NCBI GenBank assembly: GCA_009859145.1
Contig: VRVR01000055.1
Coordinates: 1-64,000, forward strand
Length of the DNA stretch: 64,000 bases
Reading direction: 5' to 3'
Source of the DNA: Andalucia godoyi And28
Taxonomy: Eukaryota > Protista > Jakobida
The notes under the pieces were generated by a model. It did no database searches. It saw nothing but the letters and a program-made list of their open reading frames with translations, and was not told the origin of the DNA. The stretch's first letter is position 1. Each line of letters opens with the position of its first letter. The position numbers and the translations under genes were made by a program. This document shows, one piece after another, positions 8,914 through 21,208 of the stretch.

Positions 8914-11900
8914 ATGCCATGGTTGATCAACAAAGCAACAGTTGTATTGACGTTGCTGATTGTTGCCGTTTCCAATTGCAGCCTCGTGGTGTGGACTGAG
9001 GTGTGGTCTCCATCCGGAAATACTGCCTACAATAGTCTGGCGATTGCTCCAGATGGCACTTTGTATGTCGCATTCGAAGATGTTGTTATTAATGGCAAAG
9101 CAACGGTCTTGGCGTATTCTTCGGGAAGCTGGATCATCGTCGGCGTCCGTGGATTCTCTGCTTGGACTGCTTATTATACGAGTCTGGCGATTGCCCCAAA
9201 CGGAACACCCTTTGTTGCGTACCTCGATGGCGGGAACAGTCAGAAGGCGACAGTGTTGCAGTATTCTGCGGGAGCGTGGAGCGTGGTGGGCATAGCTGGC
9301 TTCTCGTCTGGTGCTGCGGAGTTTACGAGCCTGTCGATTTCCTCAACTGGCATTCCCTATGTAGCTTTCCGGGATGTTGCATCCGGCGGCAAGACGACTG
9401 TGATGAAGTTTTCTTCGGGAAGCTGGAGTACTGTTGGTACTGCCGGATTTTCTGCAGGCACAGTTGGATTTGTAAGCCTGGCGATTGCGTCAGATGGTAC
9501 TCCCTATGTTGCCTATGAAGACTTTATTAACGGCTACGCCGCAACTGTGATGAAGCACTCCTTGGGGAGTTGGAGTGTGGTCGGCACTGCTGGATTCTCT
9601 CCTGCTGGTGCACAGTACACAAGCCTCGCCATTGCGTCGGACGGTACTCCTTATGTGGCGTTTCAAGACAATGGACCAATGTATCAATATGCAACGGTGA
9701 TGAGGTATTCTTTGGGATCATGGAGCATCGTTGGCGTCCGAGCTTTCTCTCCTGGAGTGGTTCAATACGTGAGTCTGTCGATTTCCTCGAATGGCACTCC
9801 CTTTGTTGCTTTCACCGATTCAGGTAATGGCAACAAAGCCACCGTCATGAAGTATTCCTCGGGTTCCTGGAGCGTTGTGGGAAATGCTGGTTTTTCTGCT
9901 GGAGCAGTGCTGTATACAAGCCTTGCGATTGCTTCGGATGGCACGCCGTACGTGGCGTTCGCAGATATTACAAATGGAAACAATGGAGTGGTGATGTATA
10001 CTGCCTGTCCTGCTGGATCATATGGGCCGAATTCGATGAATTGCACACTGTGTGCAGTCGGGTCTTATTCTTTGACTCTCGACTCGAAAAACTGTACACG
10101 ATGTCCTGTTCGAATGTGGTCGAATGTTACAGGTGCGTCTTCATACTCGGTTTGCATGTTTTGCCCGCAGGATACAGAGCCAAATGCGAATCAGTCGGCT
10201 TGTGTACAATCGTTTGTGGTTCTTGGCTGGGGTAGAAACAATCATGGTCAACTGGGTGACGGCACTTCGACCTTCAGGCCCACTCCATCCGTGGTCCCGG
10301 GTCTTTCCTCGGTTGTCAAGATAGCTGCTTGCGTTTCTCATTCATGTGCGTTGACAATATCGGGCACAGTAAGGTGTTGGGGCCTCAACAGCAATGGGCA
10401 ACTTGGCGACAATACAACAACAGATCGATCCTCTCCTGTCATTGTTACGGAGCTATCCGATGATTGCAGTGGTTTGCGGCTACTATCACACTTGCGCTCT
10501 GCGATCAGGCGGAGGTGTGAGTTGCTGGGGCCGCAATCTTTCTGGTGAACTTGGAGACGGGACAACAATCGACCGACATTCTCCGGTCGTAGTTTCCGGG
10601 TTGTACGACGTTGTTTCTCTTGTCGCTGGAGCTGTTCACAATTGTGCAGTTCTATTGGGAGGTTCGGTACGGTGCTGGGGTTGGAACGGATACGGTCAGT
10701 TTGGGGATGGTTCTACGACGAACCAGAACGTTCCCACCACCGTTCCGGGACTCTCAGGAGTCGTTGCAATGGCTGCCGGATACGGGCATACCTGTTCGTT
10801 ACTGTTGAACTCTACCGTGAAATGTGCTGGGCGAAATGATGCCGGACAACTTGGAGACGGGACCACGACCGAAAGCCATACAGTAGTCAGTGTAGCAGGC
10901 TTTTTGCCTGTGGCTTCCATATCCGCTGGCGAACTGCACACCTGTGTGTGGAGCAGCAATGGTACTGCTTTTTGCTGGGGTCATAATGGATACGGTCAAT
11001 TGGGTGACGGCACCATGACGGATCGCTACTCTCCTGCCCCCGTCTCCGGGTTATCGGATGCACTTTCGATATCTGCAGGTGGATATGATACATGCGCTCT
11101 GATGCAGTTCGGGACTGTGTCGTGTTGGGGGAATAACGACTACGGCCAGCTTTGCGATGGCACTACCACGCAGCGATCCTTGCCATTTTCCATCTCCAAC
11201 TTCTCAGGCGTTGCGAGTGTCTCTACTGGTTCTTACTTTTCTCTTGGTTTACAGATCTCGTGTTCTCCAGGATCCTTTATTACGCCCAGTGGAGAATGTC
11301 AATTGTGCTCTCCTGGAACCTATTCTAATGCGAGTCAGGCTGTATCGTGCATCGCGTGTCCAGTCGGGATGTGGTCGAATGCCACAGGAGCATCGTCCAA
11401 GACTGTTTGCTCATTCTGCCCATCGCAAATGGAGCCGAATGTAAATCGGTCCTCATGTGTAGTTTGCTCAATGTGCGCTGCGGGCCCGACGTTCTATGTC
11501 AGCTCTTCTGGATCGGATGCGAACAGTGGTCGTTTCATTGATGACCCCTTTCTGACGTTACAGAAAGTGGCTTCTGTGCTCGTCAATGATGCAAACATCA
11601 TTCTCGATTCTGGTACCCACAATGTTTTCACCCCTGTGACAATCACTGTTCAAAATGTTATTTGGCAAGCTGGGGCAAATGGCGCTGTGGTGGCGTGCGC
11701 AATTAGCGGTTTCCCGGCGTTTGACGTGAATGGTGGGTCTGCATCCTTTGTCGGGTTCAACATCACAGGCTGTTCAGCCAGCGCCATTCTTGTGCAGAGT
11801 GCAGGGTCGATTGTTCTCTCTTCGATGAGTCTTTATGGAAATTCTTGGTTGGCTAACGGTGCTTGCGGTGGTGCCGTGTTCGCTGCCTCCCTGACCTCGA

Positions 11901-14900
11901 CTCGATTGCAGAATTGCACATTCTTGAACAATTCTGCCATCTCTGGGGGCGCCGTGTGCTCTTATGGGTCTGTCAACAGCAGTGGTAATTTATTCTCAAT
12001 GAATATGGCGCAAGTATATGGAGGAGCCATTCTAAGTTCTGCTTCAGTACTCGATGAATGGAGCACATTTGTCTCTAATGTGGCTTCCGAAGGCGGCGGG
12101 ATATATACTAGTGGAGCGTTGGTGATGAGGAATTCTCGTTTCGCCAACAATTTTGCAACCAACTATGGTGGAGGGTTCTGCGCACTCGGCTCCTCAACTG
12201 CTGTTGATTGTTCATATTCTGGGAACAGAGCTTCTGCCGGAGGTGCCGTGTATTCTATCGGAGCAATGATCGTCAACAGAACTCTTTTCCTGAACAATTC
12301 TGCTGTCTACAATGGGGGTGCGATTATTGTTCTGAATTCGGCTTCGTTGAACGCTGCAAATAGTTCATTTCGTGCGAACACTGCTGGCGGAACGGGAGGT
12401 GCAATCGATGTGTATTCTGCGACCACCATCGTGAATATTTACTCTTGCGTTTTCTCTGATAACTACTGCCCTATTGGAGGCGCAATTCGTGCTGCTGGAA
12501 ATCTCACTGTGACAGAAACGCAGTTCCTGCATAACAGCGGGACGTCAGCGGGAGCCGTTTTCGTCTACGGTGGAGGGAGAGCAGTCGTACGACATGCCAA
12601 TTTTATTTCCAACATTGCCGTGAATGGAGGAGCAGTGTATGTCGGCGTCGGCGCATACTGTGAGGTACTAGACACTGTGTTTTTGAATAATCTTGCGTCG
12701 TTCCAAGGAGGAACGTTGTGTGGGGATGGTTTGTCCTTTATCATGGTCAGTGCCTGTTCTTTCAAGAATAGTTCTGCCGCGGTCGGTGGATCTTTGATGA
12801 GTTCAGGAACAGTGATCGCCCTCAATTCCACTTGGTCAGTGAATACAGCGCAGACAAATGGAGGCGCATTATTTTTGACAAACGGGGCGCTGTCGAACTG
12901 CACTTTTGTCTCCAACACTGCAATCCTTGGCAGCGTCGTGCATGCTTCTGGAAATGTCTCTCTGTTCGGAACTGCAATTCAAAATGAGCCGCAAGCCCTT
13001 TATTTGACGCAGACAGGGTCATTGATTGTCGCTTCCATGACCGCGTTTCTCTCTTCCGTCCACGTGCCCCTGTTTGCAGGATATGGTTACGGATGGTCTG
13101 TTGGTACCAATCGAATTGATGTATTCCTGTACAATGGCAATTGCACCATTGTGTTTCCAGAGCCCAGGCCGCCGTTGTCATCGTGCCAATGCGCTGCTAA
13201 TTTAACACTCGGCGTCAGGCAGTGTGATCCTGGGATGTGGCTTGATGCTGGAAATACAGACGCGTGTGGGATCTGTAGAGCGTGTCCAACCGGCACGTAC
13301 AGGTCGAACGACTCCTTTGTCGCTGGACAATCGGCGTGTGAGCTCTGTCCGACCGGATCATATTCAAATGCCAGCCAGTCTGTGCAATGCACACGATGTC
13401 CTTTGTCGAAGTGGTCGAACGTTACAGGCGCGTCGTCTGATTCAGTATGCGAATTCTGTCCTCCGGGAATGCAGCCCAGTGTCAACCAGTCGACGTGCGT
13501 GACTTGTAGGGAAGCCGCTTCCGCAACTGGTTTTGTATCATCTTTCAGCACTGGTCATTTGTGCACCTTGTGTCTTTCCGGATCACAGCCGACTGTCGAT
13601 TCGTCATCATGTATCTCTTGTACTGAAGGTTTCTACTCGAATGCGTCCACTGGCATACTGTGTGAACCTTGCATGGATGGATATCAGCCGAGTTTCCAAC
13701 AGGACGGTTGTATCGCTTGCCCATTGAATATGTATTCGAATAGCTCAACGTCTCACCTTTGTCAAGTGTGCCCTTCGGGATCACAACCATCCTTCGATTT
13801 TGCTCACTGCTCAGCCTGTTCGTCGGGTCAATACAGCAATGCGTCAACGTCATTCTTGTGCATCGACTGTGGAGTTGGAACGCAACCCACAACAGACCAC
13901 TCTGTGTGTGTGTCGTGTCATCAGGGAGAATACTCGAATGCTTCTTCTTCTTTTCAATGTACTTCTTGTGGCCTTGGAGACCAACCGTCTCCGTCGTTGT
14001 CGGGTTGTGAAGCATGTGCTGAGGGCCAGTATTCGAATGTTTCTACCAACTTCATTTGCACCGCGTGTCCACCTGGCACACAGCCAGTTGATCGTGCAGT
14101 ATGTGCCACCTGCATCTCTGGCAGATTCTCGAACACAGCGTCCAACAATACGTGCGAGTTCTGTGCTCCTGGTACGGAACCATCTGCGGACCACACATCG
14201 TGTGTTGCTTGCGGAATGAACGCCTTTTCCAATTCTTCTACAGGATTTTCCTGTCAGTATTGCTCTGCAGGCTGGGAACCATCGATGGACCACAGCACTT
14301 GCGCGGTATGCAACTCCATTTCATATTCGAATGCTTCCACGAACTATCTGTGTGTGCAGTGCGAGGCTGGAAGTGAACCTGCAGCAGATCGATCTTCCTG
14401 TGATGCTTGCCCGTTAGGCTTCGCATCTGGAGAGGGAACAGGATTTGTGTGCGTCCCATGTTCGGGCGGTACGCAGGTTTCTGCGAATTCCTCATTCTGT
14501 GAAGTGTGTCCATCCAGCATGTATTCGAATGTGTCCACGAGTCGTGTTTGTTCTTTTTGTCCCAATGGCTCCCAACCAGATGTGAACACACTCACTTCTT
14601 GCGTAACTTGTGAGCAGGCTGCAATGACAACTGGGTTTGTGTCGTCGCAATTAACAGGACACATCTGCAAAAGATGTTCTCCAGGTTCAGAACCAACTTC
14701 CGATTCGTCTTTGTGCGTTACATGTGGCTCAGGCATGTACTCGAATGTGTCGTCTGGTATGCTGTGTGCTTCGTGTCTTGCAGGAACCGCTCCATCTACA
14801 AATCACTCATTCTGCCTTCCATGTGCCACCAACCGTTATTCGAATGCGAGTACCAAATTCACCTGCTTGTCCTGTCCACCAGGATCACAACCATCATTAT

Positions 14901-17488
14901 CTTCAGATTCGTGTGAAGAGTGTCCGCCTGGTAGTTTTTCGAACGTCTCCACAGATTTCATGTGTAGCAGTTGTCCTTCTGGTTCTCAATCCAGCGGTTC
15001 CCACTGCAGTCTCTGCGCTTCCAACGAATATATCAACTCATCCACTGATTTTCGATGCGCAATTTGTCCACCTGGATCAGAGTCGTTTCTTCCTTCCAAA
15101 GCGATGTGTTCAACGTGCTCGATCGGCACTTATTCTAATGGATCCTCTGTGTCTAGATGTTCAGCTTGTCCAGTCGGCACGGTTGCTGCTCCTGACAACA
15201 CGCGTTGTTTGCAATGTCGTCCTGGATCCTTTGCCAATATGTCGGGATCTCCAGCATGCACCTTCTGTCCGACAGGAAAGTGGTCAAACATCAGTGGGTC
15301 CTCCTCCTTGTCATCGTGTCTGCCCTGTCCTGCTGGAATGCAACCCATTGATAACCAATCAGCGTGTGTTGCATGCGAGGCAGGGAAAGTTGCGAATCCC
15401 AGCTTATCCAGCGGGTTATGCACTTCGTGTCCCTCTGGATTCATGCCGAGTTCTGACAAGTCCTTCTGCGTATTGTGTTCGATTCATGAATTTTCGAATT
15501 CCAGTACCAATTTCGATTGTGTGCCTTGCCAACCGGGCTTTGAGCCATCTAGTCCCCGCGATTCGTGCGTTTCATGTCCGGCGGGTTTTTACTCAAACAG
15601 TTCCACAAGTTTTCGTTGTTCTCCATGCGGAGCTGGTACGTTTGCATCCTTCGACAGAGCCAGGTGCTTGAATTGTCCTCTCGATTCATATTCGAATGCC
15701 TCGAGGGCTGCATCAATCTACGATTGTCTGGCATGTCCACCCTCGATGTACTCGAACGATACAGGTGCACCCTCCATCAATTCGTGCCTGCATTGCCAAG
15801 AAGGATCTTACTTCAACTATTCATCGCGATTGTGCAGTGCTTGCGATTCATCCAGACTGTTGTTTGTGAATGCTAACCATTCGAGATGCGACCTATGCTC
15901 CTGTAACGGGCATGGGTCGTGTTTCCACGGCCAATCGGGGTGCACATGTTCGTCTGAGTTTTTTGGGCCAAATTGCGAATTCGCTGCCGTGGTACAAACT
16001 GAACTGCCGCCGAGTGCCTTTCCTGTTGCCGGTAGTGAAGGCACTGGGTTTGCTGCCGTCACCACTGCTTCTGTTTCAGGTTTTGCGGTAGCAGGTTCCG
16101 GTACCGCAATCCAGCTCTTGTCAACCATGCAGATGATCACGCGGCTTGCACTTCTTCCGATTGATTATCCGATATGGTACGTGCGTTTCGCGGAGAGCTT
16201 TCAGTATGTACAGTTCAGTTTCTGCATCCCTTTTCTCCGAGGACTTTTTTATGGACCCCCTGATTCTGCATCCGATGCCGACACCAATCTGCGCATTTTT
16301 ACTGTGGATACAACAACCGTTTATCGTCAATATCTGATTGCGGTACTCGTAGCGTTCGCACTAGTAGAAATCCTCTTATTGTTCGCCGTATTTCTCGTCT
16401 TCATTGTATTTCAGTCCGTTTTGTTGTTGATGCGCAGTGGAAAGCGTAGAGGGATGCATCGCAAGAACGTCAGCCGCGCATTTTTACGCTGCTCTCACTC
16501 CTTGGTGATGACTACATTTTTAGCTTCTAGCTTTCCTGTAGGTCTTGCCGCTTGCATCAGCATTTCCAATGGCGATGCTTTGTTCGGAATACCTGTCACC
16601 TTCATTTGGCTCGGTGGAGGCATTTTGTTTCTGCTGGTGGCTGGAAAACGTTCTGCGGCCCATTTAGGTTCTTCCTCACAACATGTCGGTTCCCCTTCTT
16701 TCTTCGGAAATGTGAAACGGACTTGCTGGTGGATTTCCTTTATATCCTTCCTCCATCAATGGGTGGATGCAGTGTTCGTTGTGCTTGCTGCGGAGCAGCT
16801 TGTCACCAGCGAAGCTACAGTTCTGTCTGTTTTCCTCCTCAGTGTTTTCAGATGTGTGGTGCTTTTGTGGAAACGACCTTATCTGGAAACGATGACAATG
16901 ATATTAGAAACGCTCGGTGCGCTGCTTGATGTTGTGTGCTTGGGGCTCGTGTGGAGCGCTCGCTCGTCGGGGAGAGATGATATCGACCGTGCAAAGTATA
17001 TGACAGGAATTGCATGGGCGCAGATCGCATTCATCATTCTAAGCCTGGGAGTGTCCATGTGGAACTTTATAGTCTCTGTAGTTGCCGCTTTGACTCGTCT
17101 CTGCGGGATTCGAAAAAAGACCTTGCGAACGCAAACACGCGGAAGAAGCGATGCCATTACGAGAGAACCGTTGTTTCCCTCAACTTCGTATTTGGATTCG
17201 ATTAGAATGTTCCCCGGAACTCGTTTCGGTTCACCATCTGCAACCACACCGGGAAATTCTTTGCAAACTACGCCGTCTCTGAATTCTGGTCTTGGACTCG
17301 GTAATTGCTTCGCGCGCTTCCGGAAGGAATCGAGCCATAGGAGGGCTGTGTTGCCTGTGGAAGATTGCTCCAGCCCCCCGATTGTGAATTTGACCTCTAT
17401 TCACACCTTTCCTCCGAATCCTCTATTACGTGCTTTCTTGCCGATTGTTGTGCGACCTGGAACTGTTTCGGAGCCGATCAGAAGATGA
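8914..17488 (+). CDS. Giant mosaic surface/receptor protein (~2,860 aa), frameshifted at ~10462
   Basis: ORFs 8914-10548 and 10394-17488 join inside an RCC1 repeat (IVTELSD|g|[11 protein letters not shown]). Order: signal peptide, 7 beta-propeller repeats, Cys-rich repeat, RCC1 repeats, beta-helix (GGA/FxxN) repeats, many CxxC..G.YSN repeats, EGF-like domain, multi-TM domain, cytoplasmic tail. Confidence 0.88.
9028..10002 (+). repeat. Seven ~49-aa coding repeats (putative 7-bladed beta-propeller)
   Basis: Consensus [39 protein letters not shown] seen 7 times. Confidence 0.85.
10210..11250 (+). repeat. RCC1-like repeats
   Basis: Repeated [14 protein letters not shown]....P..V.GLS.V..I.AG..HTC units. 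Confidence 0.9.
11490..12990 (+). repeat. Right-handed beta-helix (pectin-lyase fold, polymorphic membrane protein-type GGA/FxxN repeats)
   Basis: Repeated F..N.A..GGA(I/V) motifs preceded by [13 protein letters not shown]. Confidence 0.82.
13230..15985 (+). repeat. Cys-rich (GCC2/GCC3, ephrin-receptor-like) repeat array ending in an EGF-like domain
   Basis: Dozens of C..C..G.YSNAS....C..C..G.QP units; [27 protein letters not shown]. Confidence 0.85.
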
Positions 17489-18178
17489 CACGCCTCCCTG
17501 TTGAGTAAATTAGACAAGGTGAATTGATTTCTATGTTGACAATCCAGGATTTTGACAAGGAGAGATGTTTTCAGAATTAATTAAATGAAGTATTAATTTG
17601 AGAACGTCGGAATCTTCTTCGAATTCCTCATTTTGTATCGATCTCTTCAATGCTTGGGTAGCGAATTGAAATGTGCCTTTTCACTTTCTCGTTTATTTCA
17701 AAAATCGATGCCTTTCGTTTTGCAGTGGTTCGGACGCTGTTTTGACGTGAGATGTTGAAGAAACCATGATTTGGGAATGGTTGTATAGTCGCGGATACAG
17801 ACCAGTGTTCAAAACGCACGTGTTTGAGCAAATTTAGTGAAAATATTTATTGGGCGGCTCACCGCAAATGACCAATCAGTCTTGCATGAGATGAAATTCA
17901 TATGACAATATCGTTGTACATATTTTGCTTCTGTTGTATGTTGCATTTCGAAAGCGCACAAGGTTCAGTGCACCTCAGCCTTCTTATGACAAACAGAAGA
18001 CCTTGAAATGTCGATTCGCTTCTCCAAAATCTCGATTTCTTCTTTATTGATGCGATTCTCTGCGTTAGAAAGACACCAGAACATGAGATTGAGGAGGATC
18101 CATTCGTTTTACACGATTGAGTAATGACAAGATGAAAACAAGACAAGATTTGATCCGTGAAGAACGCAACCGCAAACT

Positions 18179-18607
18179 TTAATTCAGATGGACTATCCCT
18201 GTGAACTGCATGGACGCGTACGCGGGTTGGTTGCATGTAATTGAACCCTTGGTGGTGAGGCTGATCACGAGACTGTCGCTGAACAGTGCCGGGGACATTG
18301 TGCCGTTGTAATGGCACACGAGGCCAACGTTTCCAACACGAAAGTTGTCCGCAACTGCAGTGAAATTGGCTCCGTCCGTCCACGTGAACGTCCAGTCGAA
18401 GTTATTGAAGCGACCGTCGGTCATGCCAATCCCCAAAAACAATATTGGCTGGGCAAGTGGGATGGAGATTTGCGCAAAAACCGCGCGCGTAGGAAGCTGC
18501 GAAGGATCATTCAAGATGTCCAATTCCCAGGTAGTCGCAAACACGCAGCTCACACCGCACAGAAAGAGAGCTCCCAGAAGCAGAGAAAGAATATTCTTGG
18601 CGGTCAT
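18179..18607 (-). CDS. Small putative secreted protein (142 aa), unknown function
   Basis: ATG start, N-terminal signal-peptide-like stretch (LSLLLGALFLCGVSC), pyrimidine-rich sequence further upstream like other genes here. Confidence 0.55.
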   Translation of the reverse strand: MTAKNILSLLLGALFLCGVSCVFATTWELDILNDPSQLPTRAVFAQISIPLAQPILFLGIGMTDGRFNNFDWTFTWTDGANFTAVADNFRVGNVGLVCHYNGTMSPALFSDSLVISLTTKGSITCNQPAYASMQFTGIVHLN

Positions 18608-19078
18608 GAACGAATTGTTGCAGTACAGGCGAAGAAAAAAGAACTTTTCTGTACTGAGGCTGAACAGCAGTGATGAACCAATATACTCCTGATTCCTCTG
18701 AAAACTCCTAATTGTCCAAAAGTCTTTCCCAATTGCCCGCTTTGATCGGGTTTTTTAAATAAAGACACACCTGAACATTTTATTATAAAACAAAAAGAAA
18801 GAAACAAAGAGAGAAAGAGAGAAAAATCACTTCCCCAACTGTCACCTACCGTTGATGGGGAATGACATGTATTCTGATGTCAAACGACATCACACTGCTG
18901 GTTTGTCCTTGATGCTAGCAAACTCCACTTTACAGTCTTTTTTGTTTGGATTCCGATTTTCAAAAAACCACTGACGCTTTTCTTCCTGTTCTGTTTTCTT
19001 TGATGTTTGCATTCTGCAGCTCTTCTGTGGCGTCATCCACGTCGTATTATGTGAAATCCTGCTCAATCTTTGAAGTTA

Positions 19079-20400
19079 TTAAGGGCATCTTTCTTTTTCC
19101 TGCAGCGACACACCGCTCGGACCAGCGACGTCCGATTTGCTGACGTACTCCATTCCCCACTGTTTGAATGTTTCTATTGCCGTCAGCTCGGCCTCGTCTC
19201 CAGTATGAACATGGTCCAGAATCCGACCTGTTGTGACGCCCTGGCGATTGATGCACTCCTGGAAAAACTGCCGAGAGTTCTCCCAAGCATGCTCGAAGTG
19301 TTCCTGCCAGAGACGTTGTGCTGCTTGGACGATCAGTGCAGCGACATTTTCTGGTCTGTGCACGACCTTCGCCGGATCAGTTCCGTGAAGTAGAATTTCA
19401 AGATTCCGAAGACCTCTTAGAGAGGATCAAGAAACGGAGAATACGGCGGAAGAAACGCCACACGTACATCTCCTGGGATCGTCGCCAGAACCGTATCACG
19501 CGCCTTGTGAATTGGACTGTTATCTTGAATCAGCAGTTGTTGGGCATCATCGCGACGCGGAAGTTGGAGACGCTGTCTCAAGGCCGCGAGCATTTTCGAG
19601 AGAAACTGTGCATAGACCGCGCCATTCACTGGCCCCGTTACACATTCGAAGTGGACGAATCCTGTCCTGTTCATCGCAGCGATCAGAGTGACATTTGGAA
19701 TATTGGAAATAGATTCGACTGGCAGCAGTGGCCGACAGCCACGCAGGGAAATTCCTCTCGATGGCAACACACAGACGTTGAACGGACTTTCATCTGCAAA
19801 AATGCTGTTGTCGCACTCGGTATGGTAGTCCATCAGCATGTTGTTGGCGTAAGCAAACCTCGCTTCAATGACGGATGGGAGATTTCCCATTGTGGGCACA
19901 GCATAGAAATCTGCTGCTCGAAAACCAAGCTGGTTGTGAAGGTTTCGCTGAAGAATCGTTGCGAGCAGCCTTGGAGTTTGGTGTCTCAATTCAGCAGGAA
20001 AGACTGTCTGTACTTTTCTAGCCAATTCGGTATAGTGTAGGGTGTTGTTGACTGCCTGTTCTCCTGTAGCCTAAAGGATATGCTCATCTGTCAAGATCTT
20101 TGGTCTCCTGCATTTAGGATTCGCGGCACCCTGTGGAACAGGCTTCAAAGCATCTTCGCCGCGGTCCCTTGTCTTTCTCATTCGCGCGTAGCACTTTCGG
20201 ATGGTCTCAGGTTTGTAACCTAGCATTGCGACAAGATGACGAACATTCATTTCCTCGGATGTGATTCCAAACCATACCACTTCTTTGTGCGCCTGGCTTA
20301 TGCAATCTTTGATGTTCTCCGTATTTTGGTTCGACAATTCTCCATCATCATCTTGTTTTCCCAGGATATCAGTCGCAGCAATCATTGCGAGTTCTCGGAT
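19079..20400 (-). pseudogene. Decayed IS630/Tc1-mariner (DDE_3-like) transposase
   Basis: Motifs IFADESPF, IQDNSPIH and LPPYSPFLDPL*E. In-frame stops at 20071-20073 (TAG, Trp in the paralog) and 19417-19419 (TAA, catalytic Glu position), plus a frameshift near 19365. Colinear with 56879-58108; 5' limit uncertain. Confidence 0.88.
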
Positions 20401-21208
20401 CCCTGCGCGAGCAATGGACCGTCGAGCAATGAGCGTTCCGTTCCGCTTCCTTTCTTTCTTCTCATTGTCAGCCTCCCGGTGACGATTCTTCCTTTGGTTC
20501 TTGGAGCGAAAATCTTGCAACTGCAAATTTTGGATTTCTGGAATATCAGATTGGGTGGGTTGTTGGATGTTTTCGATTCCTTCCGTATTGGACTCCAGAA
20601 CGCGAGTCTGGAGTGCCGGGTTTTGTAACTGACGAGCTTTTGTCACATTCGACCGCTTCAATACAGGGCCTTGTCGTTTACAACGTTTGCCGCCGATGCT
20701 GATGGTTGCAGCGGTGTGAATGGACCAGTGATTATGGATGGAGACGGGGAGAAGTTGTTGAAGGTGCTGCGGGCTGCAACTGGGAGGTGTTTTGGGATAA
20801 ATATTGTGGCAATGGTATGTAAATCCTTGTAACTGGATTAAATACATACAGAGCAGGCGATCCTGGCGTGCCGGCAGAAGATTGCGTGTTGAATGTTTAT
20901 TGTGGTTGATATTAAAGTAAACATAGAAAGAATTTTCAGAATCAAAAATAAGCTTTGGCGCCATCAGGGAGCTTTTGAAATTTACGTGGGTAGCATCAAG
21001 CCGGACAAACCAGCGAACGATTGGGAAGGACTTTTGGGCAATTGGGAATTCTCAGAGGAACCAGGGAGGACTTGTGTTTGTTCTTGTTCTACATGCGTCA
21101 ACCAACATTCAGCTGCTGGACAAATTTCTTTTCCGTCATTTGCTCGAATTATACTTCTCTTGCGTAATTTCCAATCTATTTCTTCGACTTCCAAACCTTG
21201 TTGTGTCC

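Noticed and set aside
18826-20800. Degenerate TIRs for the IS630/Tc1 copies (cacttccc.aactg-like motifs at ~18826, ~20770 and ~56611)
   Set aside because: Matches are short and mismatched, with no TA target duplication and no right-end partner for the 57-kb copy.
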